A stretch of 64,000 nt of DNA from an uncultured bacterium (GTDB taxonomy: Bacteria; Chloroflexota; UBA5177; JANWHV01), in contig CAWHAE010000011.1 in the NCBI GenBank assembly GCA_963827235.1, positions 63,414 to 127,413 on the forward strand, given 5' to 3'. Below, in pieces: positions 22,516 through 32,865 of the stretch; position 1 is the stretch's first letter, and each line of letters opens with the position of its first letter. The position numbers and the translations under genes were made by a program. The notes under the pieces are model-generated. The model made no database searches, had not been told where the DNA came from, and worked only from the letters and a program-made list of their open reading frames with translations.

Positions 22516-23589
22516 TCAGTAATGCTGCTGTGGCGGAATTCGGGCGTCGGGGGCCTGATACGAAGCATCGGCCGGCTCGCCTGTCGCCGCATTGAACGCT
22601 ACCGTTCGGGCCGAATTGTTGTACAGGTTGTAATACAGCTCAGCCTTGCCAGTCGCCAGGTTCACGAACTGCCAACCCGTTCCGTCGCGATCGAAGAACG
22701 GGTCCGCTCGGTTCATCGGCACCGTGAGCTTGGGCAGGTAGCTCTGTGCCTGCGAATAGCTCTGCGGATAGGGATAAGGCCACGCCGTGGCCATCATCGA
22801 GTGGAAGGAGATGTTGCCGATCTGGTTGTACTGCAGCTGATGCACGTGCCCGTAGATAACGGTCACCTTGTCAAAGGGCTTCAGTAACGCCAACACTTCG
22901 TCGGCATCCTCCGTCCAGAAGTTCCATGGCTTGAAGATCTTCTGCAGCGGCGCGTGGGACACGACCACCACCGGCGTCTGCTTGCGGACCTTCCTGAGGT
23001 CCTCGCCAAGCCAGGCGCGTTGTTTCTCCCCGACCATGAACGGCGAACCGTTTGGACTGTCGAGGATGCCAATCTCCCGCATGCGCTCCTCAGCCGTCGG
23101 CCAGCGACTGAGGGTCCAGTCGTCGTACGTCAGCACGCTGTTCAAGACGACGAAATGGACGCCCTTGTGGTCAAAGCTGTACCACTGGGGCCCGAACAGT
23201 CGCGACCAGTACTCGCCCAGATCCAAGTAGTAGTCGTGCTCGCCCATCACGTAACGTACTGGTGGCCGCAGGCGCGACAGGATCTCCGCGCCGTGATCCA
23301 ACTCCGCCCTGGTACCCCGCTCGGCGAGATCGCCACCGAAGATCACAAAGTCAGGGGCCGGGTTCAGCAGACTGGTCTCCGCAACGGCACGAATGAGTCC
23401 GCGGTCCCAGTTCCGTACGAACACGCTGCCCTGTATCTGCTCCATGTGCGCGTCGGAAATGACGGCAAAGGAAAAGTTGTCGGTCTCCTTCGCAAACGCG
23501 AGTTCGACCTGCGTCACGGGTACGGTCGCCGCGAGCACGGCCGCGCCGCCATTTCTGAGAAAGGTCCGCCGGTTGAGCAGCGCCCTCAC
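22516..23589 (-). CDS. Tat-exported calcineurin-like metallophosphoesterase
   Basis: RRTFL Tat motif; SDAH, GGDL, GEHD, SH and GHVH. Confidence 0.85.
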   Translation of the reverse strand: MRALLNRRTFLRNGGAAVLAATVPVTQVELAFAKETDNFSFAVISDAHMEQIQGSVFVRNWDRGLIRAVAETSLLNPAPDFVIFGGDLAERGTRAELDHGAEILSRLRPPVRYVMGEHDYYLDLGEYWSRLFGPQWYSFDHKGVHFVVLNSVLTYDDWTLSRWPTAEERMREIGILDSPNGSPFMVGEKQRAWLGEDLRKVRKQTPVVVVSHAPLQKIFKPWNFWTEDADEVLALLKPFDKVTVIYGHVHQLQYNQIGNISFHSMMATAWPYPYPQSYSQAQSYLPKLTVPMNRADPFFDRDGTGWQFVNLATGKAELYYNLYNNSARTVAFNAATGEPADASYQAPDARIPPQQHY

Positions 23590-23662
23590 CGCGCCGCCCT
23601 TGGCGCAGAAAATGCGACTGGTGTCCGGGCAGGTTCCGCCAACTCGTGACGGGCGCTCGGAT

Positions 23663-24823
23663 TCACCGCGTGTCCAGCCGTGCCGCGAGGGCTGCGAATT
23701 GCGGGCTGGTCAGCGACTCGAGAAATGCAATCAGGTCGGTGATCTGCTGTTGCGTGAGGTTCAGGGGGCGAATACCGCCGCTCAGGTAATCAGTCGGCTG
23801 ATCGTCCTTGTCGATGACACCACCATGGTCGTAGAACTCGACTACGTCGCGCAGCGTCTCGAGACTGCCGTCGTGCATGTACGGCGCCGTGACCGCGACG
23901 TTGCGAAGTGTTGGGGTCTTGAATGCGCCGAGGTCGTCAACGGTGTCGCTGAGGGCAAATCGACCGAGCTCGGCAGTCTTGCCGCTCGACAGCACCGTCT
24001 TGTCCATGTTGACCCCACGCGCTTTCGCGAGCAGCAGCGCCGACTCGAGCTGCGGCAGATTCTTCTCGATTCTGCTGATGCCGATACCGATGTTGTGGAA
24101 TCGATTGTCAGTAAACAGCGCGAAGTCCTGCTCGATAGTGTGACAGGAGACGCAGCGTCCGTCCTCGAGGAAGACCTTGAACCCTCGCTGCGCGGATTCA
24201 CTGATCGCGCGCTTGTCGCCGCCGTAGTACCAGCGGTCGAACGGCGAGTCTCCAAAGATCAGCGTGCGCTCGTAAGTTGCGATGGCCTGCATGACCTCGG
24301 TCATGCCAACCGCAGCTGGCTCCTTGCCGAACGCGTCACGGAACATGCGCACGTATTCCGAATCGGATCGAACGATCTGGATGATCGGCTCACGATCGTG
24401 CAGCCCCATCTCGACGGGATTCACGAATGGCAGCCGCGACTGATCCTCGAGGTCCTTCGCGCGACCGTCCCAGAACAGGCGCTTCATGTAGGCGGCGTTG
24501 GCCAGGGTTGGCGCGTTACGCGTACCGGTCAGGTGGTGGACGCCTTCGGAGGTCTGCAGCGGGCTGTCCGTAAACGCCTTCGCCGGTGCATGGCAGGTCG
24601 AGCAGCTGATCTCGCCGGTACTGCTGAATCGTGTATCGGTAAAGAGTTTTGCGCCGAGTGCCGCCTTGGCAGAGCTGAGCGGGTTGCCAGCAGGCACCGG
24701 TACGGGCGGCAGGCCCAGCGGCGGCGGCGCGGCAAGACTCGCCCCGGTGACGGCCAACAGGCCGAGGAGAACGCCGCTGACCAATCTCAATTGAAACGGC
24801 ACAACGAACTGCCAAACGTGCAT
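23663..24823 (-). CDS. Dihaem cytochrome c peroxidase superfamily protein (MauG/BthA/MbnH-like)
   Basis: CSTCH, RNAPT, LFWDGRA, NPVEM, CVSCH and FKTPTLRNVAVTAPYMHDGSLETLRDVVEFY. Confidence 0.88.
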   Translation of the reverse strand: MHVWQFVVPFQLRLVSGVLLGLLAVTGASLAAPPPLGLPPVPVPAGNPLSSAKAALGAKLFTDTRFSSTGEISCSTCHAPAKAFTDSPLQTSEGVHHLTGTRNAPTLANAAYMKRLFWDGRAKDLEDQSRLPFVNPVEMGLHDREPIIQIVRSDSEYVRMFRDAFGKEPAAVGMTEVMQAIATYERTLIFGDSPFDRWYYGGDKRAISESAQRGFKVFLEDGRCVSCHTIEQDFALFTDNRFHNIGIGISRIEKNLPQLESALLLAKARGVNMDKTVLSSGKTAELGRFALSDTVDDLGAFKTPTLRNVAVTAPYMHDGSLETLRDVVEFYDHGGVIDKDDQPTDYLSGGIRPLNLTQQQITDLIAFLESLTSPQFAALAARLDTR

Positions 24824-25036
24824 TCTAGGTCCCGCCTACTATAGCCAAGCGCGCCTGGCAGCAGCTGACTATCGCCAGTTCCGCGCCCCCGGATCTATTG
24901 GGCCGTTGTCGCTGGTGCCGAATCTCAGTGTCGCACAGCGCCGCACGCGGCCCGGATGGGAAGCACGACATCGCCCCAGTCGAAGCCAATTCCTGAAGAT
25001 ACGCCCCGACGTTCAGCCTGCCGAGTACGTCGGTCG

Positions 25037-26100
25037 TCATAGTGCGTCCAGCTCATCGAGTTCGAACGGTTCAGGCGCGTCCGTGGCGTAAACGAGCTCG
25101 CGTTCCGGTCAGCGCATCGCGGCCAGTCGTCCATGGAAGGGCGGCTCGTGATTGAGGCGCCGCTGCTTGTAGCGTGAGGCGGCGCTGAATTCGACGCATA
25201 ACGCGCAGTGATGATCCGCCATGAAGGGGCCGACCGGATCGTCGGCAAAGAGCTGAGGCTCCCCTTTGCTGACGGTCGGATGGACCGCCGGATCCTACCA
25301 GCGCCAGTAGTGCCCAAAGAGCAAAGGGGACCTCGCTCTGGTAATCGTGCCACCACGCGACCCGATCGACGAACCGCCACTGGCCGGAGGCGACGAACGG
25401 CTTCCCGGTCGCGCGCTCGACCCCGGAGGTGATGACCCGGACGGGGTTGCCCCTCCGGCAGAACTCATCGTACCGACCGACTGCCGTCGCAGTCGGTGCG
25501 ATGGCCGGGTCCTTGAGCGCTGCGCCAAGTCTCGCCACCTCCTCCGCGTACCGCGCTTCGATCGCCGGAAACCGAGTCCGCTGATGCAGGGTATCGTCGA
25601 ACACTTCATAGGCCACATCCGGCGGGACGTAGAGGCCACGGCACTCCGTGACCGCGGGCTCAATCCACGCGGCGTGCACGATCCGAAGGTCCGGGCGCTC
25701 GAGCGCAATCGGCATCGATCTCAGGAAAGAGAGGGTCGGCCCCCACTCTGCCGTCGAGATGGCAACCGCTGCTCCGAACTCTGGGTGCGATGCAACGCCG
25801 TAGAACCAGTGGTTGCCGTGCTTGCGCTCTGCGCGGAGGAGGTTGAGCTCGTGATTGCCGGCGCCGGCTTGGGCACGGCCGGCGTCGACGAGCGACTGGA
25901 CGATCCGGACCACTCCCGGGCTGTCGGGTCCCCGGTCGCAGAGGTCCCCGACGAATACGAGTCGGCGCTCGTTCTCGTGTCGTCCGACAGGGTCGTAGCC
26001 GAGCTTCTCGAGCAATGTCTCGAGCGCTTGCCGCACTTCGTGAATGTCGCCGATGACATCGAGCGGCCCGTCGCGAAAGTCCCTTCGCTCTAGCGTACCG
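25037..26100 (-). pseudogene. PPP/ApaH-like metallophosphoesterase pseudogene
   Basis: GDIHE, GDLCDRGPDS, GNHE and VHAAW. There is a frameshift near 25325 and two in-frame stops at likely Trp positions (HYWRW*DP; AMR*PERE). Confidence 0.75.
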
Positions 26101-26416
26101 AACGTCGAACTCGGATCGAGTCTTGGACTGCCTGCGAACCAGTTACGGAAACTTTCCGTATTACTGAAATTGGCGCTTGGCAAAGGCGGAAAGCAGCTGG
26201 CCTGTCGGACAGTTTTGGCTCCTGATTCAACCGGTTACACCCAACGAATGTTCCACGCCGTGTTCCACGCCGCGACTGGTGGGCTGTAGTCAGCCAATGC
26301 GCAGCCCGGGTTGTCGGGATCGTGCTTTCACACCGCTCCCCTCCCCTGTCGGAGCATTCGCGAACGGCCGCAGGCCATGATCTTCTCCATCTCCAGAATC
26401 CTAAGAACCTCTATTC

Positions 26417-27442
26417 CTAAATCCCTCCTGCAGCGCTGCACGACTCGGGCAGCGCGCGGCTCGCACCCCAATCCGGCGGCATCCGGTGCGGCATCGACCA
26501 GGCCCCTTCGCGGATCTTCTTGAGCGCGACGTTGATGGCGAGCGGTGCCGGAAATCTCGCGAGCGCCCCCTCCTCCACCGCGAACAGCACCTCGCGCATG
26601 AGACTCGCGTTGGGTGCCGTACCCGCAGCCGCGGCGAGCGTCCGCAGCGACTTCTGCAGCTTCACGATCTCGAGCGCGGCGAGCCGGCGGGGGCCCGAGG
26701 GCCTGCGGGCGGTCGCGGCCGTGGCGGAATCCGTGGGCGTCGCGGTCGGTCGCGCGCGGGCCAGGGATTCGAGCGTCGCGAGCACGTGGCCACGCTCTGC
26801 AGGGCCGAGTCGCGTGTCGGCGTCGAACTCGAGGTTCGAGCGGCGCTGGCGCGAGGCCTCGGCAAAACGAGCCCGTTCGCCGGCGGAGAGGCGCGCAAAG
26901 ATCGCCCGGGATTCATCGCGCGGAACCGCGGTATTTGCAGGCTCCGCGGCTCCCCTGCCCTGCCGGATTTCGGGCTCGGGCGCTGCGATCGGCCGACGCT
27001 CCAGCGCGTGCCTCGTGGACCGGACGCGGGCGGCTCGGCTCGCGGCCGAGCGTCGTCAGGAGCTCGCGCGGGATCCGCACTTCGGTGACCGCGGTCGGCC
27101 TGCTGGAACGGGTTCGCGGGGTCGCGGCCCGGGTCCTCGCGGCGAACGAGCTCGAGGCGCTTCAGGAGCTGGTACGCGCGGGTCACCGTCGCGGGATCGA
27201 GGCAGCACTCGCGGCCGACGATCCGGATCGGGACCTGGCTGCACCAGGTGCCGTTCCGGTTGCCGATGTCCCAGTGGTACCAGTAGACGCGCTCGGCCGA
27301 GGCCGGGATCCCCTGCTGCCAGAGCCAGCGCTCGAGCGGCTTCGGCCGCATGGAGAAGAACTTCTCGCGCGCGAGCCGCGTGCGCGGGTCCCGGCTTTCT
27401 ATCGAGGCGCACGGCTCCCGTGCGCAGGTTTTGGGCGGACAT
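26417..27442 (-). CDS. Putative plasmid replication initiator, HTH protein not recognisable as RepC; several frameshifts
   Basis: ATG 27442 after GAAGGG. HTH-like segment PIRIVGRECCLDPATVTRAYQLLKRLELVRR. Third gene of a parA-parB-X unit. Confidence 0.55.
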
Positions 27443-27499
27443 GGAATCCCCTTCGTTCTGCACGATATCGTGAAAACCGGCGATCGACGGGGTTTGCTA

Positions 27500-27528
27500 T
27501 TGACCCGGGGAAGCCGGGCAACTAGCCT
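27500..27528 (+). promoter_or_regulatory. Sigma70-like promoter antisense to the par/rep unit
   Basis: TTGACC (27500-27505), 17-bp spacer, TAGCCT (27523-27528). Confidence 0.6.
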
Positions 27529-27534
27529 TGATTT

Positions 27535-27612
27535 GCGACGGCTGGCTAGTTTCGCGTTAACCCGCGAACCGATCCTCGAAATGGAAAGGCCCCCGCCAGG
27601 GGGCTTTTTCAT
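27535..27612 (+). ncRNA. Predicted counter-transcribed (antisense) RNA of about 75 nt in the rep leader
   Basis: Lies between the antisense promoter and the intrinsic terminator, at the position occupied by repABC ctRNAs. Confidence 0.5.
27586..27612 (+). terminator. Rho-independent terminator
   Basis: AAGGCCCCC-GCCA-GGGGGCTTTTTC hairpin with T-tract on the + strand. Confidence 0.7.
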
Positions 27613-27753
27613 TTGGGTGGTGGCATGAGCCCTCCGGTCGAACTTTCGAACACCCTGAAACGGCGAAGGGCCGGTAGAACCGGCCCTTCGTGATCGATGC
27701 TGAGGCATGACCGCCCTGGCGGTGGCCCCCGCCGGGGCCGCCGATCTAACGCG

Positions 27754-28921
27754 CTAAATTGATGCGCGGCCGGCATCCGGGCGACGATTTTCAACGCGTT
27801 GAAAATCGGGCCCCGGCTTCCGTCGGTGCTTGCCGGGGCCGCATTCGAACCGATTTTTAACGCGTTGAAAAAGCCCATTTAACTGGCTCCCCAGGCGCTT
27901 CGAAAGCAGCCGCTCGGCCGCCTCCTTGATCGCGTCGCCGACTTCCTGCTGGAAGCCCCGGTCGATGGTCTTGCCGAACTTGACCGTGACCCGGCCGCCG
28001 CGCCGCGTCAGGCTGAAGGCGATCTTGCCCTTGATCTTGACGGTCTCCTCGCGCGAGGAGCCGGTCGCGCTTGGGCTTCTCGATCCCGAGCTCGCGAGTT
28101 CGCGCTGAACGGCATCCGGGAGCGGGCGCGGATTTCGGGCCGCGATCTCGCGGGCCATCGCCTTCGACGGCCGCACCGTCATGCTTGAGCGCCCGGGCCA
28201 GCTCCGCGACCCAGCGCAGCGCGATGCTGCGCGGGTCGCCGAAGGCCGCAATGCACCTCGGCGGGAAGCTCGGCGACCTGCAGGTACTTGGTGACCGAGC
28301 TGTCGACGAGGCCTACGGCCTTCGCGAGCTCGCCCTGCCGCTGGAATACCTTTGGCGTCGAGCCAGGACTGGAACATCCGGCCGTACTCGTAGGGCGAGA
28401 GGTCCATGCGTTCCGCGTTCTCGCGGTACATCTTGAGGACGAGGTTCTTCGCGTCCTTGGCCGCCGGCATCGAGCCGGGCGAGGATCTGAAAGCCCCCGT
28501 CGGTCTCCTTGTCGAGCGCGAGACAGGCGGCGTGGCGCCGGTGTCCCTCGACGAGTTCATAGGGCTTGGCAGCGCCGGCCGCGGCGGGGCGCACGCGGAC
28601 CGGCGTGTCCTGGCCGTGCGTGCGAATGCTGTCCTTGAGCGCCTTGAAGCTCTCGTCGGAGGTGTCGAGGCCGAGCGCGTGGCGGTTCGCGAACTCCGTG
28701 AGCGCGATCGTCTTGGGGTCGAGACGCAGGAGCACGAGGCCCGATTCGCGCTCGCGCTCGAGTTCCTCGACGCGGGCGGCGTAGCCTTGCGCGACCTGCT
28801 GGCCGGCCTGGCCGATGAACGTGTTCATCGGGCGGGGCCGGGGAGTCGCGGCCTCGGCCGGGGCCTCCCGGTTCATGAGCTTGCCGAGCACGCGCTGGGC
28901 GATTTCGTCGCGCTTGCTCAT
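27754..28921 (-). CDS. parB: ParB/RepB-family partition protein; frameshifted, true stop may be near 27880
   Basis: SIRTHGQDTPVRVR, YELVEGHRRHAAC and RENAERMDLSPYEYG. ATGA overlap with parA. Confidence 0.88.
27785..27871. repeat. parS-like palindromes (two copies) flanking a GC hairpin
   Basis: Perfect 24-bp CGATTTTCAACGCGTTGAAAATCG (27785-27808) and TTTTTAACGCGTTGAAAA (27854-27871). Confidence 0.75.
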
Positions 28922-30185
28922 GCGTTGTTCCCGCGGCGGGGCGCCGTCTGCTTGGACGGCCACTGCGCCCGGATGACCTCCTCGATCTCACCGTTGACGC
29001 CGTTCAGGTACTCGATGGCGCGGGCGAGCGTGCGGCGGTCGCCGTCGTAGCGGTCGATCTCGTAGGCGGTCTTGATGTCGGCGCCGACCCGGACGACCGT
29101 CGACATGCCCATGGTGTTCACGAGCACGCGCTTCGCGAACGCGGCGCGGAGCCAGTCGTGGATCGCGACATGCGCGGCGTTCTTGGGCTCGAACTTCGAG
29201 ACGAGAAGGCCGAGGAAGTCGAAGCGCTTCGGCGTCGCCTCGATCTGGTTGGTCGAGGCGAGGAGCTCCGATAGCAGCTGGAAGAAGCTCGACGGACGAG
29301 GCGAAGTCCATCATCGCCGGCGGCACCGGCATGACGATGCCGTTCGCGGCGTAAATCGCGTTGCGTCGTCAGGAACGAGAGCGAGGGCGGCGTGTCGATG
29401 ATGATCACGTCGTAGGCGTCGCTGACGGTCTTGATGCCTTCCTGGAGCACGGTCCAGAAGCGGAAGTTCGGCTCGTTGGCGCGGCGCGCGGAGATCGCGA
29501 ACTCGGCGCCATAGAGCTGCAGGTTCGCGGCGATCAGGTCGAGCCCATGCCAGTAGGTGGGCTGGATCGCGGTTGCGAGCGTGCCGGTCCAGTCGGCCGG
29601 GTCGTCGACGAGATCGGGACCCCGCAGCCACGGCGAGAGCGTGTGCTTGGGCTCGACGTCCGCGTCGGGGCGAAGACCGAAGAGGGTCGTGAGGCTGCCC
29701 TGCGCATCCGCATCGATCATCAGCGTCCGATAGCCGCGCAGCGCGAGGTACTGGCCGAGATGGATCGAGGTCGAGGTCTTGGCGACGCCGCCCTTGAAGT
29801 TCGCGACCGCGACGACGATCGGCGGGTCGGTCTTCGGGTCGCGCCAGGGGAGGAGGCCGAGCTTCTCCTGGATCTGGTGCACTTCCTCGAGCGTGAAGAG
29901 GCGCCTTCCCGTCGCGACGCGCTCGCCGCCGGGGAACTTGCCGTCATCGATGCCGCGCTCGAGCGTCTTGCGGGAGAGGCCGAGGAGCTCCGAGACCTCC
30001 TTGAGGTTCCACTTGCGGAGGACCTTGCGGTTGGCGGGCTCAAGCGCCGCGGCCAGCGCTTCCTTTAAGATGTCCGCTGCCTGGTCGGCGAGAATCTGGA
30101 TGTCGTCGGCGTTCGCCGGCGGGATGCGGCGGGTCGGACTGACATCCGAGCGGGGTAGGGCGGTGTCGTCCGGGTTGGCGGCCAT
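28918..30185 (-). CDS. parA: ParA/RepA type Ia ATPase with N-terminal HTH; frameshifts at about 29295-29360
   Basis: LKEVSELLGLSRKTL HTH, NFKGGVAKT, DADAQGSLT and YDVIIIDTPPSL. Confidence 0.92.
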
Positions 30186-30469
30186 AGGCTACTGTGGTGC
30201 GGTCCGAGCAGACATAAGTTGCCGCACTATAGTCCTCCTGTCTCACGTTTGACAAGATGGCACTCCTTTCATGCGACATCTGCGTCCTGCACGGGCGTGC
30301 TAATTCTCCTGTCGCGGTCGGCGTGCGGGTTGCTGCCGGTCGAGGGCGCGCGGCACGGGGCTGATCCACGCAGCAGTCGTTCCCGCGAAGGATTCTTGCC
30401 GGCCAACGTCGCCACCGGTCCCGGCAAACCTGCTGTAGTATTACTTCGAGATTCCGAGGTATTACTTCC

Positions 30470-30697
30470 ATGTCGACGACGCTCACGTCCAAGGGCCAGG
30501 TCACGATCCCGAAGCCCGTCCGTGACCACCTCGGGCTCAAGGCCGGGGCGGCGGTGAGTTTCGAGCTCAACGCGGCGGGAGAGGTCGTGGTTCGAGCCGC
30601 GGCGCGCCGGCCGAAGAGCCGGTTCGGCAAGCTCCGCGGCCGGGCCACCGTCAAGATGCGGACCGAGGACATCCTGCTCCTGACCCGGGGCGGCTGA
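30470..30697 (+). CDS. AbrB/MazE-type antitoxin
   Basis: TLTSKGQVTIPKPVRDHLGL. Confidence 0.88.
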   Translation: MSTTLTSKGQVTIPKPVRDHLGLKAGAAVSFELNAAGEVVVRAAARRPKSRFGKLRGRATVKMRTEDILLLTRGG

Positions 30698-30704
30698 GGT
30701 CTCA

Positions 30705-31106
30705 ATGGTCCTCGTCGACACCAACGTGCTCCTTGACGTCGTCGAGGACGATCCGACCTGGGCGGACTGGTCGCAGCGTCAGCTCGATGCCTGGAGTCTC
30801 CGGGGGCGGCTCGTCATCAACCCGATCATCTATGCCGAGCTTTCGATGGCCTTTGCGCGGATCGAGGAGCTCGAGGACGTGCTGAAGGAGGGCGGGCTCA
30901 GTATCGAACCGATCCCGCACGAGGCGTTGTTCCTCGCCGGCAAGGCGTTTCTGAAATATCGGCAGCGCAAAGGCGCCAAGACCAACGTGCTGCCAGACTT
31001 CCTGGTCGGTGCCCATGCGGCTGTCGCGGGATTGACGATCCTGACGAGGGACGTCGGCCGCTACCGGAGCTACTTTCCGAGCGTCTCGCTCGTGACGCCG
31101 GAATGA
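30705..31106 (+). CDS. vapC: VapC PIN-domain toxin
   Basis: LVDTNVLLD, IYAEL, LPDFLVGAHA and ILTRD. Confidence 0.9.
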   Translation: MVLVDTNVLLDVVEDDPTWADWSQRQLDAWSLRGRLVINPIIYAELSMAFARIEELEDVLKEGGLSIEPIPHEALFLAGKAFLKYRQRKGAKTNVLPDFLVGAHAAVAGLTILTRDVGRYRSYFPSVSLVTPE

Positions 31107-31123
31107 TCCGGCGCCGCGCAAAC

Positions 31124-31137
31124 TTCAACGCGTTGAA
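31124..31137. repeat. Third parS-like palindrome TTCAACGCGTTGAA
   Basis: Same core as 27790-27803. Confidence 0.7.
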
Positions 31138-31369
31138 AACACCTCCCTATGCCAGCGTGCGAAGTCCCGCGGGCACTCTAGCGGCTACTGTGGGTCACCA
31201 TCGACACGCGTCCAAGACCGGTCGATGGCGCATCGGCGTTCACAGCGGTATTTTCCAGACGGGGACCACGCCGCAATCGGATCCAATGCCGCCGCGGGGA
31301 GGGGCTGGATATCCGCCACGTGCCACATGAATGCGAACGCACAAGGAAGCGCGGCGCAGCCGGCCGTGA

Positions 31370-31615
31370 GAAACGGTCCTTCGGCGGTCCGAACAACTCC
31401 CGGTCATCCTTGCAGGTTAGCGCGTTGTCGAGCCACCGCCTGAACATCCTCGAGTCGAAGTCCCCAGCGTCGACCTTGGCGTGGACGATCGCGCCGGCGA
31501 GGATCTTGCGGCGGGTAACGTCCTTGCGGGCCCGAGCGGGTTTCAGGTAGGCGAGGCGAGCGTTGAGGCGTGCCTGGCGGGCCTTGAACTGCTCGAGCCG
31601 ACGCGCTCGGCTGCC
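31370..31615 (-). pseudogene. Small mobilization accessory protein remnant (RSF1010 MobC/TraD-like)
   Basis: LEQFKARQARL...RKDVTRRKILAGA...WLDNALTCKDDRELFG. No clear start codon. Confidence 0.55.
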
Positions 31616-31643
31616 GTCAGTTCCGAAGCGGCGGGGGAGTCCA

Positions 31644-32210
31644 TCAACGTCTCCTGGCCAGGGTATAGAACGCAAACGTTGACCAGCTGCCATCCGGCTT
31701 CTGGGCCTCGAGGAGGAGGGTCCCGCTAGAGCCATCGGCGGCGAGTGTCAGCGTGTCCCGGAACGAGGATTCCTCGTACGGGAACGTGAGCACGAGCGTA
31801 TGACCCTCGCGGTGGCCGGTCGCGACAACGCGGGCACCGGCGGCGCCGAACTGATCTAGCCAGTGGGCGATGTAGTCGCCGGCCTTGGCGTCAAAGCCGA
31901 GGAACACGTCCGCCTGGTAGCCGGGAGGCTTTGCGCGGTCGACGAGCGCGAGGCGTAGCCAGCCGCCGTTCAGAACCCAGGTGGCGTCACCGCGGTAGCG
32001 GGCCGGCTGGCCGCGGACGGACCCGGTGAGCGTCCAGCGTCCGGCCAGCTGCGCCAGGAACGGATCGTGCGCCGGCGGGGAGGGGGCCTCTGCATGGACT
32101 GCCGAACCGATCAGGACGAGAAGCGCCGCAGCAGTACTTGCTGTTGCCCCGCGCCAGCGGCGCGCGGCCACGCTGAGTTCACGGAGTCTGGTGGGCAGCA
32201 TCGGCATCAT
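31644..32210 (-). CDS. Secreted beta-barrel hypothetical protein (DUF1579-like)
   Basis: Signal peptide, LAGRWTLTG, WVLNGGWL and YIAHWLDQFG. Confidence 0.6.
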   Translation of the reverse strand: MMPMLPTRLRELSVAARRWRGATASTAAALLVLIGSAVHAEAPSPPAHDPFLAQLAGRWTLTGSVRGQPARYRGDATWVLNGGWLRLALVDRAKPPGYQADVFLGFDAKAGDYIAHWLDQFGAAGARVVATGHREGHTLVLTFPYEESSFRDTLTLAADGSSGTLLLEAQKPDGSWSTFAFYTLARRR

Positions 32211-32443
32211 CGGGTCCTCCGTCTGACCACTTGAGCCCGTTCGCCGGGCACCTCACGGGCTGCTGCTCGCGTCACGGCGAAGCGCCGCGTCGTGATGTGG
32301 CGCCAAGAGCTCCGGCGTAAGCCGATCTCACACCCTTGTCGAGCACGCTCCGGCATCCCGTGGGCCGCGGCGCGCTTCTGACGGGGCTTGCGGCCCGGGT
32401 GAGCGTAGCGAATCATCACACGCGACGGAAATGGAGACGACGA

Positions 32444-32842
32444 ATGAGCGTGCAGCGCGAGACGCAGATGGAGATCCGGGCCCTGGAGGAGCGCCTGGCC
32501 AACCCCGGGCCTGGCGACTCGCCGGAGTCACTGGCGGCAATCTTTGCGGCGGATTTCCGCGAGTTCGGAAGCTCCGGACGCGTCTTCGACACCGAGACGG
32601 TGCTCGGTGCTCTCGGGACGGTCGCCCAGCGGCCGAGCCGGGCGCCAATCAGCCTGGAGGGCCTTCGGATGGAGCGGGTCGCGCCAAACGTGGTCCTCGC
32701 GACCTACCTCGCGCGCGTACCGGCCGGCCCGGGCTGGAAGCCGCCGACGCTCAGGAGCTCGCTCTGGTGCAAGCGGGAAGGTCGCTGGCAGATCGTATTC
32801 CACCAGGGGACGCCGACACCGGCAGAGGGTGCGGCGCGTTGA
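32444..32842 (+). CDS. DUF4440/NTF2-like protein
   Basis: DFREFGSSGRVF, RSSLW and WQIVFHQGT. Confidence 0.8.
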   Translation: MSVQRETQMEIRALEERLANPGPGDSPESLAAIFAADFREFGSSGRVFDTETVLGALGTVAQRPSRAPISLEGLRMERVAPNVVLATYLARVPAGPGWKPPTLRSSLWCKREGRWQIVFHQGTPTPAEGAAR

Positions 32843-32865
32843 GGCATGCCGATCGGGAGTGGGAC

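Noticed and set aside
25037-26100. Stop-codon readthrough or an alternative genetic code (stops at Trp positions)
   Set aside because: Both TAG and TGA occur at these positions, and both serve as normal stops elsewhere in the window. Simple TGG transitions in a decaying gene explain them.
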